From a virus, in IMG/VR virus record IMGVR_UViG_3300013126_000014, positions 53,788 to 117,787 of that record: a stretch of DNA of 64,000 nt; one strand, 5' to 3'. Each line of letters opens with the position of its first letter. Position 1 is the stretch's first letter. The translations under genes were made by a program, and so were the position numbers. Below are positions 58,033-64,000 of the stretch, in pieces. The notes under the pieces were generated by a model, which ran no database searches, was not told where the DNA came from, and saw nothing but the letters and a program-made list of their open reading frames with translations.

Positions 58033-58819
58033 CTAGTCTAAAGTCTTTCATAGTAAATTGAGTAATATCTTTTACATCAGGATTAATCCACAATGTGGGA
58101 GCAGGTAGTGGTTCACGGCTTAGTTGTTCTCGTACCTGCTCTACGTGATTCAAATAGATATGAGCATCACCGAGTACGTGAACGAACTCGCCTACCCCTA
58201 GGCCACATACCTGTGCAATCATATGGGTCAATAGTGAGTAGCTAGCAACATTAAAAGGAACACCTAAGAACATGTCGCAACTGCGCTGATACATTTGACA
58301 CGATAACTTGTTGTCTGCACTTACATAAAACTGGGCGAAACAATGGCAGGGTGGAAGGGCCATCGAGTCTAACTCTGACGGGTTCCAAGCTGTGATAATG
58401 TGTCGTCTGCCAGAAGGGTCTTGTTTAATACCTTCTACTAGTTTCAGCAGTTGATCAACGCCCCCAAAGTCTCGCCACTGTACACCGTAGACTCGACCTA
58501 GGTCACCTTGGAACTTGGCTTTAGGTAACCAATAGGGTGCTAGTGCATTGTCAGTCCAGATGGTGCGTTTATCTTCTTCACTTGATCCATGTAGGATTTC
58601 TGCTAGTCTACGTTCGTCACTCGAACCTTCAATGAACCAAAGTAGTTCACTTAGGCAGGCCTTAAATGCCAGCTTCTTAGTAGTAACAGCCGGAAAGCCC
58701 TGTGACAGATCATAGCGTTGTTGCATGCCAAATAAGCCAATAGTACCAACTCCTGTGCGATCTTCTCGTACAGTGCCGTGATTTAATACATGATGTAATG
58801 CGTCGAGATAAATTTTCAT
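57986..58819 (-). CDS. thyA: Thymidylate synthase
   Basis: DRTGVGT, ELLWFI.G, YGVQWR, MALPPCH, YQRSCDMFLGVPFN, GDAHIY.NH. Confidence 0.97.
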   Translation of the reverse strand: MKIYLDALHHVLNHGTVREDRTGVGTIGLFGMQQRYDLSQGFPAVTTKKLAFKACLSELLWFIEGSSDERRLAEILHGSSEEDKRTIWTDNALAPYWLPKAKFQGDLGRVYGVQWRDFGGVDQLLKLVEGIKQDPSGRRHIITAWNPSELDSMALPPCHCFAQFYVSADNKLSCQMYQRSCDMFLGVPFNVASYSLLTHMIAQVCGLGVGEFVHVLGDAHIYLNHVEQVREQLSREPLPAPTLWINPDVKDITQFTMKDFRLDGYTSLNSIKAPMAV

Positions 58820-58825
58820 TTTATT

Positions 58826-58854
58826 AGTATAGCAGAATTAGTTGAGATTGTCAA
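58826..58854 (-). promoter_or_regulatory. sigma70 promoter of thyA
   Basis: Minus strand TTGACA-N17-TATACT with an extended -10 TG, 6 nt before the ATG. The -35 lies in the DHFR 3' end. Confidence 0.78.
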
Positions 58855-59347
58855 CTCTGAAGAACAATTCTCTATCCCAAATTTCGTATGTGCAATCTGG
58901 TGTAGGTTTAACTGATCGTATGCGAAACGCCGCCAAATATCGATCCAACTGCAAACGAGTATCACACCAATAGTTGCCCTTCATACGAGATAAAATTACA
59001 CGATCGACAATATCGGCTGTGTTCTCGTACACCTGTTTACCGCCAATGATGTAAATATCTTTGCTAGGAAATTGACGTTGCAATGATAGAACCTGCTCAT
59101 TAATATCACCGGAGATTCTACGCACTTGATAATTTGTAATAGGATTATTAGTAACTACTACATTAACACGATTGGGCAGGGGCTTTGGCATTTTAGGATC
59201 GTCCCACGTGTTACGCCCCATGACTACAATGTGCCCTTCGGTGTGCTGTTTGAACCATTTTAGATCTTCTTTATTGTGAGGCCATGGCAAGGTACCTCTA
59301 TTACCAATACCGCCAGTATTGGTGCTAGCTAATATAGAAATAATCAT
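58838..59347 (-). CDS. folA: Dihydrofolate reductase
   Basis: GIGNRGTLPW...EDLKWFK..T, VVMGRNTW, PLPNR.N.V.T, IIGG..VY. Confidence 0.95.
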   Translation of the reverse strand: MIISILASTNTGGIGNRGTLPWPHNKEDLKWFKQHTEGHIVVMGRNTWDDPKMPKPLPNRVNVVVTNNPITNYQVRRISGDINEQVLSLQRQFPSKDIYIIGGKQVYENTADIVDRVILSRMKGNYWCDTRLQLDRYLAAFRIRSVKPTPDCTYEIWDRELFFRVDNLN

Positions 59348-59694
59348 AGATCTTTTAGTACCTTGTCTGTCTCTGGTTGAATAGTTTTCACTACACTATC
59401 AATGTCGATGAAGAAATCAACGTTTTCAATGTATTGATCCAAATCATGGAATTTAGCATTCAATAATTCTTCAATTGCATCTGGATCGTTGCCGTCTTCT
59501 AATAGTTGTTTAATGTCAATGCTAAGATCAGTGCCGTCGATTAATTTAACAACAATTCGTTGTAGAACATCGACAGGCACTTCCTTTTTATCAACATCAT
59601 TTACAATATCTTGCCAACGCCGTTTATCATTTAAGACAACTTTTTTGGCTCGACTACGCTGTGGCTTTTTTGGTTGTTTTGGTTGTTCTGACAT
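59344..59694 (-). CDS. Hypothetical protein
   Basis: 116-aa ORF, ATGA-coupled to DHFR. Confidence 0.7.
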   Translation of the reverse strand: MSEQPKQPKKPQRSRAKKVVLNDKRRWQDIVNDVDKKEVPVDVLQRIVVKLIDGTDLSIDIKQLLEDGNDPDAIEELLNAKFHDLDQYIENVDFFIDIDSVVKTIQPETDKVLKDL

Positions 59695-60319
59695 TTTTCG
59701 CCTTTGCTGGGGTCATTTCTTTTGCTTCTTCTTTTAAGCGTTTGGCTTCTGCTAGTAAACTTTTAGCTTCAGCTTCCATGCGGGTAGCTTGTTCTAATCG
59801 TTGACGAGCAATATCAGCGTCAGATAATACATCTGTGCTAGTTGTATTTACTTCAGATGCTGTGGTCTTTTTAGCAGCATTTTTAGCTGTAGTTTCAGTA
59901 AGTTCTTTATTACCGCGCATACCTTGACTAGCATCGAGATCAGCTAGCTTTTTAACAGCATCTTCGCCACCTTCCATTTGTCTAAGAATGTCATTTAGTT
60001 CATCTAAACGGCAGCTGCTATTGGCATTGGGGGTTACAATAACCTGTATTGTGGGAACCTTTTTCATGTAACCTGCCTTGTGTATAGCAGTTAGGCAATT
60101 ATTACCGTCGGCCATGGTATGACGGAATAATGCATCACCTAGGTCTTTAGCCTGTTGTCCAATTGGACTTTCGAGAACTTCCATAATTTCATCGTGTAAT
60201 CGACTAGGGATAGTTTCAGAATAAACCACCAAGGCCATATGATCTTCGTCGGGAACTTGACGGAAGATAATTGCTACTTTTTTATTGTTGTGTCTACCAA
60301 CATGTTTCATCATAATCAT
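59654..60319 (-). CDS. Hypothetical protein with C-terminal coiled coil and Lys-rich tail
   Basis: 221-aa ORF in the operon. Confidence 0.75.
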   Translation of the reverse strand: MIMMKHVGRHNNKKVAIIFRQVPDEDHMALVVYSETIPSRLHDEIMEVLESPIGQQAKDLGDALFRHTMADGNNCLTAIHKAGYMKKVPTIQVIVTPNANSSCRLDELNDILRQMEGGEDAVKKLADLDASQGMRGNKELTETTAKNAAKKTTASEVNTTSTDVLSDADIARQRLEQATRMEAEAKSLLAEAKRLKEEAKEMTPAKAKNVRTTKTTKKATA

Positions 60320-60573
60320 TTCTCCTCAGATTGTGCTTGTTCTTGGTCAGCACCGGCAGGAGAAATAGCACCTACGCTTTGTAAAAAAGCAATAAGTTTG
60401 TTGTATAGTGCGCCAACTGATTCCATTTCTTCAGCACGGTAAGCACCGCGTTGACTTGTTACTTGAATAATTTGAGCCACAGAAATCAAATCTTGAAGAT
60501 TCAAATTTGGTGCTGTGGATGGTTCAGACGCTGGTGTGTCAGCTTGAACGGTTTGTGTTTCGTTGTTTGCCAT
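60316..60573 (-). CDS. Hypothetical protein
   Basis: 85-aa ORF with GGAG RBS and upstream TAAATA. Confidence 0.72.
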   Translation of the reverse strand: MANNETQTVQADTPASEPSTAPNLNLQDLISVAQIIQVTSQRGAYRAEEMESVGALYNKLIAFLQSVGAISPAGADQEQAQSEEK

Positions 60574-60601
60574 TTATAAAAATCTCCATTGGGGACAGTT
60601 T

Positions 60602-60607
60602 TATTTA
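60602..60607 (-). promoter_or_regulatory. TAAATA late-promoter motif
   Basis: Intergenic on the minus strand, 28 nt before ATG 60573. Confidence 0.45.
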
Positions 60608-60635
60608 ACTATACTTAACCCGATGGAAAAATTTC

Positions 60636-60923
60636 TTACCAAATTGGTTGAGGATTAATTTGAGGAAGGAATAAACTGAAGTAACTAGCTTCGCTAGGTA
60701 ATTCAAAACCTACAATTAGTTGACGTTGGAATTGAACTCCGCTATTAGTTACGTCATGATAGCCTAGATAAAAACGCCCTGTAAGATTTTCGTAGACCCA
60801 ATTAACAATTTCGTTTTCGTTAACAAAAGGGTCAAACTCTACACGTTCAAAATGTGGTGGGCAGTGGTCTAACTTCCGAAGACCAAATACATTTAAGGGA
60901 TTAACTTCGCCGTGTTTAAGCAT
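60636..60923 (-). CDS. Hypothetical protein
   Basis: 95-aa ORF in a tightly packed minus-strand array. Confidence 0.7.
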   Translation of the reverse strand: MLKHGEVNPLNVFGLRKLDHCPPHFERVEFDPFVNENEIVNWVYENLTGRFYLGYHDVTNSGVQFQRQLIVGFELPSEASYFSLFLPQINPQPIW

Positions 60924-61158
60924 CTCTTAATATACTAAATGTTTTAATTTTTGCGTAATGTTCATCGCGCTGTTGTTTAGTTACGGCAGTGTTAAGTTCG
61001 CAAAATCCACAATCTATTGGGACTCCTTTTTTAATACTGCTAGCTAAACTCCAACACATCATTAGGTCTTCTGTGTGCTGTTCTAGTGTTTGGTACAGAC
61101 AACATTTAGGAATGTTAGCTTCATACAGTTCTGCTGTAAGAACAATCTTTTCACTCAT
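60916..61158 (-). CDS. Hypothetical Cys-containing protein
   Basis: CC...CW...CGFC. Likely start MSEK at 61158. Confidence 0.6.
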   Translation of the reverse strand: MSEKIVLTAELYEANIPKCCLYQTLEQHTEDLMMCWSLASSIKKGVPIDCGFCELNTAVTKQQRDEHYAKIKTFSILRDA

Positions 61159-61291
61159 CACGACCACGGAACACTAGTAACCAACTCCGACGAAGTTCTT
61201 TAGCGCATAAGATTGGATGACGCACCCACATCCAAGTGACTACTAAAGGCACAGCGATGACGGCTAGAGGAATAAGAATCCATTTATTCAT
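61151..61291 (-). CDS. 46-aa single-pass membrane peptide
   Basis: Hand translation MNKWILIPLAVIAVPLVVTWMWVRHPILCAKELRRSWLLVFRGRDE, with 8-nt overlaps at both ends. Confidence 0.55.
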   Translation of the reverse strand: MNKWILIPLAVIAVPLVVTWMWVRHPILCAKELRRSWLLVFRGRDE

Positions 61292-61625
61292 CTTTGACCA
61301 CTTCTAACTTAGGTTTAGTTTTAAGTTTGGTTACATTCTTTGGCTTGTCGCTACCTGCTGGGCGGTAGTGACTAGACACTTCTACAATAGGAAATACCCA
61401 AGCATTCTCTTCTGCGCTATCTCCAAACCAATAGTCTAGGAGTTTGCGACCAAATCCTCGCTTGTTGGGCACTGCCATAACTACTAGCTTACCTGCTAGT
61501 TCGTTATACTGTTCGTTAGTGATATACTTGTTCTTCAACAGATAGCTGAGTGTATCCTGTGTTGCTCCAGATAATTGCTCTGCTAAATCTGTCGGACTAT
61601 AACTAAAACTTTGATAAACTGACAT
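61284..61625 (-). CDS. Hypothetical protein
   Basis: 113-aa ORF coupled to its neighbours. Confidence 0.7.
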   Translation of the reverse strand: MSVYQSFSYSPTDLAEQLSGATQDTLSYLLKNKYITNEQYNELAGKLVVMAVPNKRGFGRKLLDYWFGDSAEENAWVFPIVEVSSHYRPAGSDKPKNVTKLKTKPKLEVVKDE

Positions 61626-62008
61626 TACATACTCTCCTCATTATCTACCCACAGTACTGGTTGCCAACCTAAACTACCTAAGTCAGCACGTATTTCATTA
61701 GTGACTGTGCCTTCACTTACATAACCTAGTGTGCCGTCAGCATCACCGTTACCTAATCCTTCGCCAATACCAGAACAGTACCAACTTAGGTAATCACCTT
61801 TACCTTGTAGTCCTGCTACAATACCACCACTTGACCGCCAGGTACATGACCATAACTCATCTTTAAGTACAGGCCACATTTCTGTTTTTTGCCACCGCAT
61901 ATTACACATAGCTGCATACAAGTTCTGCGCATAGCGATCACTCTTAACCTTGGTCATTATCAAGGCACTATTTCGCATGTCCTCTTCTAGGTCGTGCTCA
62001 ATCCGCAT
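61625..62008 (-). CDS. Hypothetical phage protein
   Basis: 127 aa; YAQNLYAAMCN...WSCTWRSSGGIVA...YLSWYCSG. Confidence 0.72.
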   Translation of the reverse strand: MRIEHDLEEDMRNSALIMTKVKSDRYAQNLYAAMCNMRWQKTEMWPVLKDELWSCTWRSSGGIVAGLQGKGDYLSWYCSGIGEGLGNGDADGTLGYVSEGTVTNEIRADLGSLGWQPVLWVDNEESM

Positions 62009-62126
62009 TTTTTTCAGCTTCTGCTCGAATAATATGCTCTACAAACCGCATAAGGAAAGTCTCATGGACATATTCCATATTATACAACTTAGCAATTTCC
62101 AAAATGTCCGCTCTAGTTAGTTTCAT
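61998..62126 (-). CDS. 42-aa hypothetical protein
   Basis: MKLTRADILEIAKLYNMEYVHETFLMRFVEHIIRAEAEKNAD fills the gap and overlaps both neighbours. Confidence 0.5.
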   Translation of the reverse strand: MKLTRADILEIAKLYNMEYVHETFLMRFVEHIIRAEAEKNAD

Positions 62127-62253
62127 TGCGGTGTTTGCGTTTTCGGGTGTATTTTGTTCTATCACGTTCTACCTTTGCTTTAAATGGTAAGTTGTTGTTG
62201 TACAATGCCTGATGCCTGCGTATGTTCATTTTAATTTTCTTGGTATTTTTCAT
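62113..62253 (-). CDS. 46-aa basic protein, ArfA (ribosome rescue factor)-like
   Basis: ALYNNNLPFKAKVERDRTKYTRKRKH resembles the ArfA core. Start ATG 62253 sits 7 nt after a consensus promoter. Confidence 0.5.
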   Translation of the reverse strand: MKNTKKIKMNIRRHQALYNNNLPFKAKVERDRTKYTRKRKHRNETN

Positions 62254-62260
62254 TGTAGTA

Positions 62261-62289
62261 ATTATACAGTCAAAAGACCAAAATGTCAA
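62261..62289 (-). promoter_or_regulatory. Consensus sigma70 (early-type) promoter
   Basis: Minus strand TTGACA-N17-TATAAT. Confidence 0.82.
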
Positions 62290-62290
62290 G

Positions 62291-62521
62291 TTATACAATC
62301 TTTCCTAACACTGTGTGAATTAATTGATCTAAGAGGTACTCGTAGTCTTGCTTACGTACATGTCTAGCCATGTAAAGCTCTTGAACTAACTCGTTACCAC
62401 TAGGACCAGCCCATTTAGTGCGAGTAGATGCCTTGCGACGTTTAAGTTCGTCAATTAGATCCTCAGTTTCAAAATCATCTAAGTCTACCCATGCTTCTGC
62501 TTCAACGTTAATATATGGCAT
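62291..62521 (-). CDS. Hypothetical protein
   Basis: 76 aa; VDLDDFETEDLIDELKRR. Confidence 0.7.
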   Translation of the reverse strand: MPYINVEAEAWVDLDDFETEDLIDELKRRKASTRTKWAGPSGNELVQELYMARHVRKQDYEYLLDQLIHTVLGKIV

Positions 62522-63033
62522 TATTTGCTCTCCAATTCTTTAAGAAAGTCTTCGGCTAGTTTATGTGAAGTAGGTGTTAAACCATCCCATGCCATGCCCC
62601 CTGCACCTTTGTATCCGGGATCATCACCAGCACTAGTCCAACTTGGTCCCCACATAGGTTTTGGACCGTTTGGATTAGTGCCAATCCAAGGGCCTGTACT
62701 GGGGCTAGTTACTGGCGCCCAAGGATTAGTTGGCGGACTATATGGTTGATATGGCTCTGCTCTAGGAGTAGGCATGCGGTTTCTTAGATCCTGTACTTCA
62801 TCCTCTAAGCGGCCTAAACGACGATTTAAGTTACGCATGTCGTCTAGCATACGTTCAAATGGGCCCATAACTTTTTCTTGCGGGCGTTCTGCTGTACATA
62901 GCACAGTAATAGTCAATAACGCACGCAAGGCGTCCTTAATGCGTTGATCATCTGACTCTAAGGCTGTGTCAAATATCTCAACGATTTGTTCTAAATCAAA
63001 GTCTTTCTGATCTTTTTCACGTCCTGAACTCAT
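62521..63033 (-). CDS. Hypothetical protein with coiled coil and Pro/Trp-rich tail
   Basis: 170-aa ORF coupled to its neighbours. Confidence 0.7.
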   Translation of the reverse strand: MSSGREKDQKDFDLEQIVEIFDTALESDDQRIKDALRALLTITVLCTAERPQEKVMGPFERMLDDMRNLNRRLGRLEDEVQDLRNRMPTPRAEPYQPYSPPTNPWAPVTSPSTGPWIGTNPNGPKPMWGPSWTSAGDDPGYKGAGGMAWDGLTPTSHKLAEDFLKELESK

Positions 63034-63272
63034 AGTTTATCCTCGTGTCTAACATTATAAATGTTAACATCAACGGCATAGCCTAGCAAGCCTACCATAA
63101 GGAATACACCCCTATGATCACCCCTAAAGTTGATGCGCCCGTCAATCATAATCCAACTGTGTGTAGCATACAGGTTAAGTTCCCAAGCCCAGTTTTTAGT
63201 AAACTTGCCCCATAAACCTTTGAGAATTTGCCAACGATCACTGCGCCAATTTAAGAAAAATGTAAAACTCAT
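63030..63272 (-). CDS. Hypothetical protein
   Basis: 80-aa ORF with ATGA overlaps. Confidence 0.6.
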   Translation of the reverse strand: MSFTFFLNWRSDRWQILKGLWGKFTKNWAWELNLYATHSWIMIDGRINFRGDHRGVFLMVGLLGYAVDVNIYNVRHEDKL

Positions 63273-63544
63273 TTACTAATCCTTTTCCGAGTTTCTGCTT
63301 GTTCTTTACTAAAGTTCTCGCGGTACTCTTTGTAGGTCTTTTTAAAGTAAAAGAAAGGCCAAAATACCACACTGCCTACAGCATAGATAATACCCATTAA
63401 AAATGCCGCTATAACAAATCCAATATTAATAACAGGGCTTACTATCATCCAAAAGGCAAACTGCCAAGCTGTTAGTGGCTTACCGTCAGCTCGTTCACAG
63501 TAAAACCACCAACCATAATCAACCAGTGTACTTGTTTTATACAT
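63269..63544 (-). CDS. Hypothetical membrane protein
   Basis: Long hydrophobic stretch followed by a basic tail. Confidence 0.6.
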   Translation of the reverse strand: MYKTSTLVDYGWWFYCERADGKPLTAWQFAFWMIVSPVINIGFVIAAFLMGIIYAVGSVVFWPFFYFKKTYKEYRENFSKEQAETRKRISK

Positions 63545-63546
63545 TA

Positions 63547-63849
63547 TTAATGCCTTGTATTATTGAACGGAAATTTAACAAATCCGTTGTCATCAAAACC
63601 ATATTCCTCGTCTAGTTCATGGGCCTTGTTTGCTAAATCTTCTGCTAGCTCGGCAGAAGTATCGTATCCTAGCTCATCGAGATCAACCAGAGTGGACTTT
63701 TCTAATAATTCTCCGCTCTCGGCAAGTTCTTTAATATGAGCCACTAGCTCGTCCAACTCTTCTTGGGTGCCTTCAAAGTCATCGAAGCAACCTTCTGCAA
63801 ATACAATTTTCATTGGTTTACCTTCACCGTCTTTATCTTGATCGCTCAT
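63547..63849 (-). CDS. Acidic hypothetical protein
   Basis: IVFAEGCFDDFEGTQEELDEL; GGAGG RBS. Confidence 0.7.
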   Translation of the reverse strand: MSDQDKDGEGKPMKIVFAEGCFDDFEGTQEELDELVAHIKELAESGELLEKSTLVDLDELGYDTSAELAEDLANKAHELDEEYGFDDNGFVKFPFNNTRH

Positions 63850-63998
63850 TTTGCCTCCATCTCCTTAAGTACACCTTCTAAGAATTGATTAATTTCTTTA
63901 GCTAAGGGATTACCTGCTTTACGTAGCTCTTGTTCAGCTTGTGCTAAAAACATACATGCTACGCGAAATTCTAAACTAGTACTACGTGGATCTGCCAT
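63846..63998 (-). CDS. 50-aa hypothetical protein
   Basis: MADPRSTSLEFRVACMFLAQAEQELRKAGNPLAKEINQFLEGVLKEMEAK, with ATGA overlap to the next gene. The start is at the window edge. Confidence 0.55.
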   Translation of the reverse strand: MADPRSTSLEFRVACMFLAQAEQELRKAGNPLAKEINQFLEGVLKEMEAK

Positions 63999-64000
63999 TG

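Noticed and set aside
57986-58819. thyA as a dCMP hydroxymethylase for base hypermodification
   Set aside because: It keeps PCH and GVPFN (dUMP-specific Asn) and is paired with DHFR and dCMP deaminase, consistent with ordinary dTMP synthesis.
1-64000. Stop-codon reassignment, as in some jumbo phages
   Set aside because: Very long intact ORFs in the standard code, and TAA, TAG and TGA all end well-recognised genes.
1-64000. tRNA, CRISPR array, intron, intein or IS element
   Set aside because: Intergenic gaps are nearly all under 80 nt, with no cloverleaf, repeat-spacer pattern, homing endonuclease or transposase motifs seen by eye. A covariance search was not possible.

Overview
This window is part of a large, AT-rich myovirus (jumbo-phage-like) genome in the standard genetic code. 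No tRNA, rRNA, CRISPR array or transposase was seen. Left to right it holds four blocks. (1) T4-like gp46/gp47 (SbcC/SbcD) and a gp55-like late sigma factor, with a B12-type radical SAM gene wedged between gp55 and gp47. (2) A ~29 kb contractile-tail module: gp53-, gp27-, gp5-, gp25- and gp6-like genes, a 4322-aa virion protein and tail-fibre genes, preceded by recurring TAAATA late-promoter motifs. (3) A ~23 kb chemical-tailoring cluster with about five glycosyltransferase-like genes, eight radical SAM enzymes (six with an N-terminal Twitch-like Cys module), a 2OG-Fe(II) oxygenase, two SGNH proteins, a carbamoyltransferase, a DegT aminotransferase and an NDP-sugar epimerase/dehydratase. (4) thyA, DHFR and small hypothetical genes, including an ArfA-like peptide. 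The most interesting candidate system is inferred, not proven: a phage-encoded pathway that builds and tailors an unusual glycan, possibly attached to a recurrent [A/G/S]-N-[V/I/L/A/T] motif concentrated in the neighbouring virion proteins. All family assignments come from motifs recognised by eye; no searches were run.
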